64,000 bases of DNA. Origin: an uncultured Clostridia bacterium. Lineage in GTDB: Bacteria > Bacillota > Clostridia > TANB77 > CAG-508. A model generated the notes under the pieces. It was given only the letters and a program-made list of their open reading frames with translations. It was not told where the DNA came from and did not search any database. Below are positions 19,663 through 30,859 of the stretch, piece after piece; positions within the stretch are counted from its first letter, which is position 1, and each line of letters opens with the position of its first letter. The position numbers and the translations under genes are program-made. The DNA lies in the NCBI GenBank assembly GCA_948630815.1, contig CAPIEU010000002.1:129862-193861 (forward strand), given 5' to 3'.

Positions 19663-19780
19663 CAATGCTCGTCCGCAACATCGAAGAAATCACCCTAGAA
19701 TGAAGTTTACTTTTCTTGACAAAATCATAATAAAATTATATTATATAAACATAAGTATAATTATAAGGATGTTGAATTAT

Positions 19781-19972
19781 ATGTTAAAAATGATATTAAT
19801 AATAATTGGAACAATAATTGCATTAATAGGAACAATAATGGTATTTGATGCACGATATTTAACAAAAAAGCTATTTGGTTTTGGTGACCAAAATGAGGGA
19901 ACAAAAGGTTTAAAGATTGTAGGCTTTTTTATTGCTATTATTGGAGCATTGCTTATATATTTTAGTATTTAA
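19781..19972 (+). CDS. small two-TM membrane protein (63 aa)
   Basis: ATG at 19781 behind AAGGA. Two hydrophobic helices. Confidence 0.45.
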   Translation: MLKMILIIIGTIIALIGTIMVFDARYLTKKLFGFGDQNEGTKGLKIVGFFIAIIGALLIYFSI

Positions 19973-19974
19973 TA

Positions 19975-20003
19975 TTGACAATGAATAATTCATACTATAT
20001 AAT
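19975..20003 (+). promoter_or_regulatory. consensus sigma-A promoter of the valS T-box leader
   Basis: TTGACA, 17-nt spacer, TATAAT. Confidence 0.7.
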
Positions 20004-20019
20004 ACATATATATTAAAAA

Positions 20020-20253
20020 ACGAGGAAAAAGAGGAGTAGTTTGTACATTTAGTATTAGGGAGTAGAAACCATAGACTGAAAGTTTCTATTATTAAAAGCA
20101 AATGAAAGTAGCTTTGGAGTTAATATGTTGAAATACAGTAAACATATTCGTATAAGCCACGTTATAGGCTATTAAAGATATTATAGAAATATAATAAATT
20201 AAGGTGGTATCGTGAATTAAACTTCGCCCTTATTATGGGACGGAGTTTTTTTG
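20020..20253 (+). promoter_or_regulatory. T-box riboswitch leader (probable Val specifier)
   Basis: T-box sequence AATTAAGGTGGTATCGTG (about 20197-20214), compared with consensus AAUUAGGGUGGUACCGCG. Stem I has AGAGGAGTAG. A terminator hairpin and T-run lie at 20221-20252. The candidate specifier is GTT at 20082-20084 (low confidence). Confidence 0.85.
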
Positions 20254-20329
20254 ATAATACTATAATTAAAAAATAATTGGCATTGGATTGTTAAATTGCC
20301 TAGCCTAATATTTAATTATTAATAAAGGA

Positions 20330-20644
20330 TTGATGATAATGACAAATAATTCGAGAGAAGTAGAAGAATATCTTAAAACAGATGCTTTTCTTAGAAAAGA
20401 AGGAAAAACGAAAAAACATTTTAGAGTTGAAATACAAGAACCAAATAGAAAAATCCCTATTGATGAAAGAGATAGAATATTAAATAAGGTAAGACAGTTT
20501 CTTGAAACTGGAAAAGGAGAATATTTAAATGAAGAAGAGGAAGATATATTAAAAGAAATTGCAGGCGTATACTTTTCGGCATATAAAAATGCAATAGAAG
20601 TTTTAAATAATAATAAACAAGGAGGAATTGAAAATGAGAGATAA
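20330..20644 (+). CDS. hypothetical acidic protein between the T-box terminator and valS
   Basis: About 100-aa ORF whose stop overlaps the valS start. No recognisable motif. Start may be 20330, 20333 or 20339. Confidence 0.45.
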   Translation: MMIMTNNSREVEEYLKTDAFLRKEGKTKKHFRVEIQEPNRKIPIDERDRILNKVRQFLETGKGEYLNEEEEDILKEIAGVYFSAYKNAIEVLNNNKQGGIENER

Positions 20645-23318
20645 TCATAAATTGCAAGATAAATATAATCCAAAAGATTTTGAAGAAAAATTATATAAGA
20701 AATGGGAAGAAAAAGAGTATTTTAAACCAAGTATGGATACTAAAAAGGAAAGCTATTGTATAATGATGCCACCGCCAAACGTAACAGGAAAGCTACATAT
20801 GGGTCATGCATTAGATGATACAATACAAGATATACTAATTCGTTTTAAAAGAATGCAAGGATATAATACATTATGGCTTCCAGGAACTGACCATGCATCA
20901 ATTTCAACAGAGATGAAAGTAGTAGAAAAATTAAAAAATGAAGGAAAAACAAAACAAGAATTAGGAAGAGAAAAGTTTTTAGAAGAAGCGTGGGATTGGA
21001 CTAGGATTTATGGGGGAACTATTGAGGAACAACAAAAAAAATTAGGTTGTTCTTGTGATTGGGGAAGACGTAGATTCACTTTAGATGAAAGTTTATCTAA
21101 TGCAGTTTTAGAACAATTTGTTAGTTTATACAAAAAAGGATTAATTTATAAAGGTACAAGAATGATAAATTATTGTCCAAATTGCAAGACATCTATATCA
21201 GATGCGGAAGTTGAATATAAAGAAGAAACAGGCCATTTATGGCATATTAGATATAAAATAGCAGGAACAGAAAATAGATATATAATTGTAGCAACAACAA
21301 GACCAGAAACAATGTTAGGAGACACAGCAGTAGCAGTTCATCCAAGTGATGAAAGATATAAAGATTTGGTAGGTAAAAAGTGTATATTACCAATAATGAA
21401 CAAAGAAATACCAATAATACAAGATGAGTTTGTAGAAAAAGAATTTGGAACAGGTTGTGTAAAAATCACACCAGCACATGATATGAATGATTATCAAGCA
21501 GGATTAAGACATAAGTTAGAAATTATAGAAGTATTTGATGAAAATAATAAAATGGGTGATTTAGTTCCTGAATATAAGGGAATGGATTTAATAGAAGCAA
21601 GAAAAGAAATTGTTAAAAAATTAAAAGAAATTGGAGCATTAGTAAAAGAAGAAGAATACACACATAATGTTGCAAAATGTGAAAGGTGTAAAAATACTAT
21701 TGAACCAAAAATATCAGAGCAATGGTTTGTTTCTATGAAGGAATTAGCAAAAAAAGCAGCATACTCTGTAAGAAATGATGAAGCAAGATTTATACCAAAA
21801 AAATATGAAAAACAATACTTTAACTGGTTAGATAATATACAAGATTGGTGTATATCAAGACAATTATGGTGGGGACATAGGATACCAGCATATTATTGTG
21901 AAGAATGTGGACATATTAACGTAGAAAAAAATATGCCAGAGAAATGTGAAAAATGTGGAAATACACATTTACATCAAGATGAAGACACATTGGATACTTG
22001 GTTTAGTTCAGCACTATGGCCATTTTCAACATTAGGTTGGCCAAATAAAGAAACAGAGGATTATAAAACCTTTTACCCAACTAATGTACTAGTAACAGGT
22101 TTTGACATTATTACTTTCTGGGTATCAAGAATGATGTCACAAGGATTAGAATTTACTGGTAAAGCACCATTTAAAGACATACTAATTCATGGAATGGTAC
22201 GAGATTCTATGGGAAGAAAAATGTCTAAAACATTAGGAAATGGTATAGATCCTATAGAAATAATAGATGAATATGGAGCAGACTCATTAAGATTTTCAGT
22301 ACTTTCTGGAACTACAATGGGTAATGACATAAGATATATGCCAGAAAAATTAGAGCAAGCATCAAACTTTGCAAATAAAATTTGGAATGCTGCAAAATTT
22401 ATAACAATGAATTTAGCAGATGACGAAAAGATTATAGAATTTGGAAAGAACAATAAAGACGAGAATGGATTATACAAAAAAGAGGCATTAAGAGTTGAAG
22501 ATAGATGGATTATGAATAAGCTAGATAATTTAATAGAATCAGTTACAGAAAATATAGAAAAATATGATTTAGGAGTAGCATTAGATAAAATATATAATTT
22601 CATATGGAATGAATTTTGCGATTGGTATATAGAAATGGCAAAATCAAGATTATATAGCGAGAATGAGGAAGAAAAAGTACAAGTAAGCTTTGTGTTAAAC
22701 TATGTTTTTGGAGATAGCTTAAAACTATTACATCCATTTATGCCATTTGTTACAGAAGAGATTTATGGAAAATTAGTAAATTATAATGATAAAGACTTAA
22801 TAATATCAAGCTGGCCAAAAACAAAGAAAAGAGTACAATATGATACAGAACATGATTTTATAGAAAGTATAAAAGAAATAATTATAGGAATACGTAATAT
22901 AAGAGCAAATATGAATGTTCATCCATCAAAGAAAGCAAATCTAATTTTTGTTACAAAGAGTTATCAAAATGAAATAGAAGCATCAAAAGAATTTATTGAA
23001 AAATTAGGATTTGGAAACCAAATACAAATTAAAGAAGAAAAGACTGGTATTCCACAAAATGCAATTTCTGTGCAAAGTTATGGAATAGAAGTATTTATGC
23101 CATTTGAAGAATTAGTAGATATAAAAGAAGAAGTAACAAGGCTTGAAAAAGAAAAAGAAAGATTAGAAAGTGAAGTAGCAAGAGCAACTAAGATGTTATC
23201 AAATCCTGGATTTGTAGAAAAAGCACCTGAAAATAAGATTAAGGAAGAAAAAGAAAAACTAGCAAAATATCAAGAAATGCTAAAAACAACTAAAGAAAGA
23301 ATAGAAAAGTTAAAATAG
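20634..23318 (+). CDS. valS: valine--tRNA ligase
   Basis: PPPNVTGKLHMGHAL (HIGH), KMSKTLGN (KMSKS), C-terminal coiled coil. ATG lies 7 nt after GGAGGA. Confidence 0.95.
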   Translation: MRDNHKLQDKYNPKDFEEKLYKKWEEKEYFKPSMDTKKESYCIMMPPPNVTGKLHMGHALDDTIQDILIRFKRMQGYNTLWLPGTDHASISTEMKVVEKLKNEGKTKQELGREKFLEEAWDWTRIYGGTIEEQQKKLGCSCDWGRRRFTLDESLSNAVLEQFVSLYKKGLIYKGTRMINYCPNCKTSISDAEVEYKEETGHLWHIRYKIAGTENRYIIVATTRPETMLGDTAVAVHPSDERYKDLVGKKCILPIMNKEIPIIQDEFVEKEFGTGCVKITPAHDMNDYQAGLRHKLEIIEVFDENNKMGDLVPEYKGMDLIEARKEIVKKLKEIGALVKEEEYTHNVAKCERCKNTIEPKISEQWFVSMKELAKKAAYSVRNDEARFIPKKYEKQYFNWLDNIQDWCISRQLWWGHRIPAYYCEECGHINVEKNMPEKCEKCGNTHLHQDEDTLDTWFSSALWPFSTLGWPNKETEDYKTFYPTNVLVTGFDIITFWVSRMMSQGLEFTGKAPFKDILIHGMVRDSMGRKMSKTLGNGIDPIEIIDEYGADSLRFSVLSGTTMGNDIRYMPEKLEQASNFANKIWNAAKFITMNLADDEKIIEFGKNNKDENGLYKKEALRVEDRWIMNKLDNLIESVTENIEKYDLGVALDKIYNFIWNEFCDWYIEMAKSRLYSENEEEKVQVSFVLNYVFGDSLKLLHPFMPFVTEEIYGKLVNYNDKDLIISSWPKTKKRVQYDTEHDFIESIKEIIIGIRNIRANMNVHPSKKANLIFVTKSYQNEIEASKEFIEKLGFGNQIQIKEEKTGIPQNAISVQSYGIEVFMPFEELVDIKEEVTRLEKEKERLESEVARATKMLSNPGFVEKAPENKIKEEKEKLAKYQEMLKTTKERIEKLK

Positions 23319-23327
23319 GAGGAAACA

Positions 23328-23972
23328 ATGAATATACCTAATAAACTTACTGTATTTAGAATGATTTTGGTTATAATAATGATGATTATTCCAATAGTTG
23401 ATAGCTTATTTGGAATAACTGGAGAATTTTTAGAAATACCAGTTTCATTTTGGATAATGAATATAATTTTTATAATAGCATCAATTACAGATAAATTAGA
23501 TGGAACTCTTGCAAGAAAATGGAATCAAGTTACTACTTTTGGAAAGTTTTTAGATCCAATAGCTGATAAAATATTAGTACTTGCTGCACTAACTATATTA
23601 GTAGAATATTCAAAAATTCCATCTTGGATACCTATAATTATATTAATAAGAGAATTTATGGTATCTGGATATAGATTAATTGCGGTAGAAAATGGTGGAA
23701 AAGTAATACCCGCATCAATTTGGGGTAAAATAAAAACTGTAACACAAATGCTTGCAATAATTTGTTGTTTTGCTGATAAATTTGAGTTTGGAAATTTTAT
23801 TTTTAGAGTTTCAAGCAAACAACAAATGTTAGAAAATAGTGTAGGTATATATATGACTAATTTGCAATTTGGAATTAATATACTATCAACATCACTTTTA
23901 GTAATATGTGTAATTGCAACAATTTTTTCGGGTTGGAATTATTTAAAAGGTGGAAAAGAGTTATTTAAGTAG
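23328..23972 (+). CDS. pgsA: CDP-diacylglycerol--glycerol-3-phosphate 3-phosphatidyltransferase
   Basis: CDP-alcohol phosphatidyltransferase motif DKLDGTLARKWNQVTTFGKFLDPIADK. Confidence 0.9.
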   Translation: MNIPNKLTVFRMILVIIMMIIPIVDSLFGITGEFLEIPVSFWIMNIIFIIASITDKLDGTLARKWNQVTTFGKFLDPIADKILVLAALTILVEYSKIPSWIPIIILIREFMVSGYRLIAVENGGKVIPASIWGKIKTVTQMLAIICCFADKFEFGNFIFRVSSKQQMLENSVGIYMTNLQFGINILSTSLLVICVIATIFSGWNYLKGGKELFK

Positions 23973-24079
23973 AAGTTGGAAGCTAGAAATTAAGAAAATT
24001 CTTCAGGAGAAAATTACTTAAATCCAACCTCCAACCTCAAACTTCTAACTTCAAAAATAATAAAGGAATGAAGGTATAT

Positions 24080-26078
<1,999 letters not shown>

Positions 26079-26086
26079 GAGTAAAT

Positions 26087-26428
26087 ATGGATTTAAAAAA
26101 AGAATATAATAATTTAACAAATAAATCATCAGTAGGAGAAATGCAAGCATATGTGCATAATATGATACTAGAGAGAGGATTTGAAAAAGAAGATGTAAAA
26201 GATGTAATGATTTTACTAACAGAAGAAATAGGAGAATTAGCAAAAGCTATTAGAAAAACCACAGGCTTAAAAATGGATATTTCAAAAGATAATGACAAGT
26301 ACGATATAAAGGAAGAAGTTGCAGATGTATTTAATTATTTATTAAGTATGTGTGATGTATTAGATATAGATTTATTTGAGTGTTGGAAACAGAAAGAACA
26401 AAAAAACTTTGAAAGGATTTGGAAGTAA
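26087..26428 (+). CDS. MazG-like nucleotide pyrophosphohydrolase
   Basis: EEIGELAKAIRK ... EEVADVFNYLLSMCDVLDIDL matches the MazG EExxE/ExxD helices. It starts 9 nt after ligA. Confidence 0.75.
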   Translation: MDLKKEYNNLTNKSSVGEMQAYVHNMILERGFEKEDVKDVMILLTEEIGELAKAIRKTTGLKMDISKDNDKYDIKEEVADVFNYLLSMCDVLDIDLFECWKQKEQKNFERIWK

Positions 26429-26431
26429 AAT

Positions 26432-26689
26432 ATGGAAGAAAAATATACTTTTGATAGATTTGATAATGAATTAGAGAATGGTTTTCAAATATACTTTACC
26501 TATGTAAATAATAGGTACTTAGTTTTTAAAACTACTGAAAATTGTTATATACAAATGTTAATATCTGTACACGATAAAAATCCACAACCAAGAATGCTTA
26601 TGATTACTAAAAAAAGACTAAAAGAACTATTTCCATATATGACAGATATTGAGTATAAGGTAGGAAATGGCTTAAATATCAATACTTAA
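26432..26689 (+). CDS. hypothetical protein (85 aa)
   Basis: Tightly coupled to the mazG-like gene. No motif recognised. Confidence 0.45.
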   Translation: MEEKYTFDRFDNELENGFQIYFTYVNNRYLVFKTTENCYIQMLISVHDKNPQPRMLMITKKRLKELFPYMTDIEYKVGNGLNINT

Positions 26690-26775
26690 TGATGAAAACA
26701 TGTTGGTTTGTCAACGATTTGTCAACCAAAATTTTATGTAGTTGACAAAACAAAATAGAGGAGAAAAAATCTCCT

Positions 26776-28005
26776 CTATTTTGTTTTTGAAATTTGCTCA
26801 AATAAATCCGCTGTATTTTTGGAACTATTTTCTGTAGAATGGGTATAAGTGTCTAATGTGGTTTTTATATTTGAGTGTCCTAATCTAGTTTGAACGTCTT
26901 TTATATTAGCACCATTTTGTATTAATAAAGTAGCATGTGTATGCCTTAAACTATGAAATTTAAAATCAATGTTAAGTTCGTAATTAACAATTTTTGACAC
27001 ATATTTCATTCCATTTGTTGTAAGCAAATTACCATCTATTCTAGAACATACAACGTTTTGCTGTTTTAAATCTCCACTAGGAATATTTGCATTTAAAACA
27101 CATAGCCTTTGCAATAATTTATTATTTATAAGTTCTTCTTTTGAATATACTATTTTATAATATTCTCCATATTTAAGTTTATTTTCCATTTGTTTTTTCT
27201 TAAATTTTTTTAATATATTGATTAAAGTATTTCCAATTTTAATAGTTCGATTACTTGTAAAAGTTTTAGTAGGACCAAAGTACCATTGTTTATTTTTATC
27301 ATTAAAAATTAGAGCTTTATTTATTGATATTGTTTTATTTTTAAAATCTATATCATCCCAAGTCATTGCTAAAATTTCGCCAATTCTACAACCAGTATGA
27401 AAACCAATCATTAATGGCAAATAATAATCAGTTGTTTCTGGAAACCTATCAATTATATTATCAAAATCTTTTAAAGTTATTATTTTTATATCTTCTTCAA
27501 TATTTTTTTCATATCTAGGCATAGAGAGATATTGCATTGGATTTTCTTTAATAAATTTAGAAGGATAAACTGCATATTTCAATGATAAACTTAATATACT
27601 AAATATCTTCTTTAAAGTACTTTTACCAATCCCATTTATATATTTCTTATTTATATAATCTTGCAATATATTAGGAGTTAAAGATTTTAGTTTGTATTTT
27701 CCTAAATTGGGTTTTAAATAATTTTCTATAATTCTGGTGTAATTTATGATAGTATTTGTCCTTAAATTTAGTTCTACATAGTTTTTATACCAATAATCGA
27801 GATAATCTGCTACAGATATTTCAGAAGGCTCAAAATGTAGCCCAGAATTATTATATTCAGCAAGTGCTTTTACGCCTGCATCGAGAGCCTCCTTTTTAGT
27901 ATTAAAACCAGATTTTGTGATTTGTTTTCTTTTTCCTTCAACTTTTGCAGCCTCAAATTGATACTGCCACTTTTTACCTCTTTTTCTAACATTAATTTCT
28001 GACAT
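26776..28005 (-). CDS. int: tyrosine-type site-specific integrase
   Basis: C-terminal HSLRHTHATLL...LGHSNIKTTLDTYTH (R-HxxR-Y catalytic set). ATG at 28005 lies 8 nt after GGAGG. Confidence 0.9.
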   Translation of the reverse strand: MSEINVRKRGKKWQYQFEAAKVEGKRKQITKSGFNTKKEALDAGVKALAEYNNSGLHFEPSEISVADYLDYWYKNYVELNLRTNTIINYTRIIENYLKPNLGKYKLKSLTPNILQDYINKKYINGIGKSTLKKIFSILSLSLKYAVYPSKFIKENPMQYLSMPRYEKNIEEDIKIITLKDFDNIIDRFPETTDYYLPLMIGFHTGCRIGEILAMTWDDIDFKNKTISINKALIFNDKNKQWYFGPTKTFTSNRTIKIGNTLINILKKFKKKQMENKLKYGEYYKIVYSKEELINNKLLQRLCVLNANIPSGDLKQQNVVCSRIDGNLLTTNGMKYVSKIVNYELNIDFKFHSLRHTHATLLIQNGANIKDVQTRLGHSNIKTTLDTYTHSTENSSKNTADLFEQISKTK

Positions 28006-28161
28006 AAAAAATACCTCCATTTTTCTTTTTATTTATTTTCATAAACACTTGAAAAATAAGGTACATTTATATATAATACAAATGTAGCCACTTTTTAAAG
28101 TGTCTATGCTCTGGATAATGTGTGGTTGTCGCAAACATATATACACATTATCCTTTTTTAT

Positions 28162-28701
28162 CTATAATTCTATTGTAGTATTTACATTAGAACTATTTTT
28201 CTTAAATTCATTTACAAATTTATGTGCAGATAGCGAATTAGTTGCATTAAATGAAATATACTGTACTTCATTATCTTTTAAATATGTAAATATTAAATAA
28301 GTTTTTACAGTAGTATCTGTTTTCTTTTTTGTTCTACCACCTATCATAGCTCCTAATGGTCCAAATAGAACAGCTCCTCCAACAGCACTACCAATGCTAG
28401 AAGTGTAATACTTTTGAATTTCTGTATCAGTCTTTAAAGAAATGTCTTGTATTTTGCTTTTATTTAGTTTAAAAGTAGTATTATTCAAATTAAATTCATA
28501 GTATGTAGGACAAGACCAAATATCACATAAAGTATTTTCTGGTATAGGTAGTCCTTGAAAAAGTGGTAGCTTTAAGAATAAACTAGCATCTTTAGTTTTC
28601 TTTTTTCCATTAATAATTTTCTTATCTTTATTCCTTTTATCAATAGAATAAGCTATAAAAATAATTAATATCAATGAAATAATAACCAATAAAGGTTCCA
28701 T
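28162..28701 (-). CDS. membrane-anchored prophage accessory protein with glycine-zipper segment
   Basis: N-terminal TM (LLVIISLILIIFIAY). Internal SIGSAVGGAVLFGPLGAMIGG Gly-zipper. Located between int and the repressor. Confidence 0.55.
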   Translation of the reverse strand: MEPLLVIISLILIIFIAYSIDKRNKDKKIINGKKKTKDASLFLKLPLFQGLPIPENTLCDIWSCPTYYEFNLNNTTFKLNKSKIQDISLKTDTEIQKYYTSSIGSAVGGAVLFGPLGAMIGGRTKKKTDTTVKTYLIFTYLKDNEVQYISFNATNSLSAHKFVNEFKKNSSNVNTTIEL

Positions 28702-28721
28702 AAAAACCTCCTCCTTTTTAA

Positions 28722-29372
28722 TTATTTAAAAGCACTTTTATTTTCAGCTTTTATAACTCTACCAATAACTTTAAAATCTTCATTTGTTAATTTCATGATA
28801 GGATAATATGGATTCATAGCATGTAGTTCGATAACATCTTCTTTTAGTGATATTTTTCTAATGCAAACTAAATTATCATTAATCATAAGTAAATACGTTT
28901 TTCCATATTCATAATCATTTTGTTTATATATAATTGCAATATCTCCGATATCAAGTAAAGGTAACATTGAATTATCAGGTATTTGATAGGCAAAGTAATT
29001 TTCAATATTATCATCAACAGTAAAGGGAATGTAATCAATGATGTAATCTTCATTATATAAGTCAGGTTTTGAATAATCAAAATCATATAATAAAGGTATA
29101 CAATTAACTGTTTTATCTATAGGATGCATATAAAGTTCAGTTAAATCTAAATATCCACAAACCGCCATTAAATTATCATAAGTTATAGTTCCTTTAGAAG
29201 CTTCTGCAATACCTTTTAAAATTTTAGGAGAGGGAGGAGTATCTAATTTTAAATTCATATATTGGGATAAATAAGTTCTATTGACACCAGAAGCATTAGC
29301 AAAATAGGTTTGATTTTCATAAAGCGAATTAATCTTTTTTAACATATTAGCAAAATCTATTTTTTTAAACAT
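28722..29372 (-). CDS. CI/LexA-like phage repressor (XRE HTH + S24 peptidase)
   Basis: N-terminal HTH (QTYFANASGVNRTYLSQYM). C-terminal S24-like domain (IPDNSMLPLL...CIRKI). ATG behind AGGAGG. Confidence 0.85.
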   Translation of the reverse strand: MFKKIDFANMLKKINSLYENQTYFANASGVNRTYLSQYMNLKLDTPPSPKILKGIAEASKGTITYDNLMAVCGYLDLTELYMHPIDKTVNCIPLLYDFDYSKPDLYNEDYIIDYIPFTVDDNIENYFAYQIPDNSMLPLLDIGDIAIIYKQNDYEYGKTYLLMINDNLVCIRKISLKEDVIELHAMNPYYPIMKLTNEDFKVIGRVIKAENKSAFK

Positions 29373-29427
29373 AGTAAAAAACCTCCTAAACATAGAATAG
29401 CACAAGAACAAAAAAAAATCAATAAAA

Positions 29428-29503
29428 TTGTTAAAAAATTTAACAAAAGTATTGACATTTTTTTAAACCAAATATATAATGGCTTTGTTAAAAAAATTAA
29501 CAA
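29428..29503. promoter_or_regulatory. lysogeny switch: two 19-bp palindromic operators bracketing a consensus early promoter
   Basis: O1 is TTGTTAAAAAATTTAACAA (29428-29446). The promoter is TTGACA (29452), 17-nt spacer, TATAAT (29475). O2 is TTGTTAAAAAAATTAACAA (29485-29503). Confidence 0.75.
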
Positions 29504-29526
29504 AACATGAAAGGAGGAAAAGTATT

Positions 29527-29742
29527 TTGAAAGTAAATGTATTAGCAGTACAAGAATTAATAAATGAACAATTTAGAGGTAATCAGACATGGTTTGCAGA
29601 GGAAATTAATGTAGCACCAGCATATGTTTGTAGGATTTTGAACAGCAAAATAGATAGCAATAGCGATAAGGTATGTAATGGTATAATTAAATACTGCGAA
29701 CTACATAATTTAGACTTCAGAAAGTATATTATTTTGGTCTAA
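29527..29742 (+). CDS. Cro-like HTH regulator
   Basis: TTG start behind AAAGGAGGA. HTH is QTWFAEEINVAPAYVCRIL. Divergent from the repressor. Confidence 0.6.
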   Translation: MKVNVLAVQELINEQFRGNQTWFAEEINVAPAYVCRILNSKIDSNSDKVCNGIIKYCELHNLDFRKYIILV

Positions 29743-29743
29743 A

Positions 29744-29762
29744 ATGTTAAAAAAATTAACAA
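29744..29762. promoter_or_regulatory. third operator copy (O3) downstream of cro
   Basis: ATGTTAAAAAAATTAACAA, one mismatch to O2. Confidence 0.6.
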
Positions 29763-29835
29763 AAAGGAAAGGGAACAGTATATGAAAGTTTTAAAAAATG
29801 CGACAACCACACAATTATAAAAGGAGGGAAAATAA

Positions 29836-30054
29836 ATGGAAGATGTTTTATATACAGTTGCTGAAACAGCAAAATTATTAAAAACAAATTCTAATTATGT
29901 ATATGAACTCATAAAAAGAGGATTTTTACCAGCACTTAAACTAGGAAGTTTTAAAATCAGGAAAATATCTTTATTAGAATTTTTAGCAAAATATGAGGGA
30001 CAAGATTTAACAGATTTAAACAATATAAAGGAGTTGGAAGGAGTGAATAGATAA
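29836..30054 (+). CDS. excisionase-type (MerR-like) HTH DNA-binding protein
   Basis: YTVAETAKLLKTNSNYVYELIKRGFLPALKLG is typical of the excisionase/HTH_17 family. Confidence 0.65.
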   Translation: MEDVLYTVAETAKLLKTNSNYVYELIKRGFLPALKLGSFKIRKISLLEFLAKYEGQDLTDLNNIKELEGVNR

Positions 30055-30216
30055 TGTTATGTTTTATTAGTTTTATATTTGTATTTGTAATTGTAGTACA
30101 GTTAGAATCAAATACAATTACAGTAGGACAAGCAATATTTTACGGTGCTTATGGGGTATTAATGTTTTATCATACAAGCAAACCATATTGGACAGAAAAT
30201 CAAAATAAGAAAGGAT
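30055..30216 (+). CDS. small membrane protein (53 aa)
   Basis: ATG overlaps the previous stop (TAATG). Two hydrophobic segments. Below the ORF-track size cutoff. Confidence 0.35.
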
Positions 30217-30397
30217 AAGAAAATGGAATACTACGAAAAATTAGCAAACGAATGTAGTTATTTACAAATAGATTATGAAAGACTTGAAAAGATGAAGAAA
30301 ACATTAAGCATAATGAAATTAAAATTACAACAATTAACAAGGATCCAATAAATATTTACATATATGGATTAAATTATTGAAAGGAGAGTGAAAGAAT

Positions 30398-30619
30398 ATG
30401 TCAGATGAACAAAGAAGAATATTAGATACAGAAAATGCAGCAAAAGACAGATATGACTTATGTAAAAGAATATTAGCAGAAATAAACACTAACAACATTG
30501 ACGAAGCTAAAGCTATTATTAAAAAAGATATGAAAATTTATGAAGATGAATATTTATATGTTCGTAATGATAGTGAAAGCAATGTAATAGAGTTACCCAA
30601 CCGTCGCCAAACAAATTAG
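30398..30619 (+). CDS. hypothetical phage protein
   Basis: RBS AAGGAGAG. 73 aa. Confidence 0.45.
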   Translation: MSDEQRRILDTENAAKDRYDLCKRILAEINTNNIDEAKAIIKKDMKIYEDEYLYVRNDSESNVIELPNRRQTN

Positions 30620-30703
30620 ATAACTCTATTAAAAAACTATTTTACAAGTGTTTCTGTTGTTATTGTACCACAATTTTTCAACAGAGGCAAGAGGGGAGGA
30701 AAA

Positions 30704-30856
30704 ATGGAAAAGTGTCCTAAATGTGGTAAAAGATATCCAAAAGGAAAAGGAGCATTATTAAGAAGAGATAACAAAACAGATATATGTGCAGAATGTGGAT
30801 ATAAAGAGGCAATGGAAGACGCACAGAAAATAATTGAAATGAATAGGAGGAAATAA
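30704..30856 (+). CDS. small zinc-ribbon protein (50 aa)
   Basis: CPKCGK ... CAECGY. RBS GGGGAGGA. Confidence 0.45.
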   Translation: MEKCPKCGKRYPKGKGALLRRDNKTDICAECGYKEAMEDAQKIIEMNRRK

Positions 30857-30859
30857 ATT

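Noticed and set aside
23973-24067. Imperfect inverted repeats (TAGAAGTTGGAAG ... CCTCCAACC..AACTTCTA) between pgsA and ligA.
   Set aside because: The pairing is weak and interrupted, with a large loop. It is probably just a poor terminator or spacer, and there is no evidence for a specific element.
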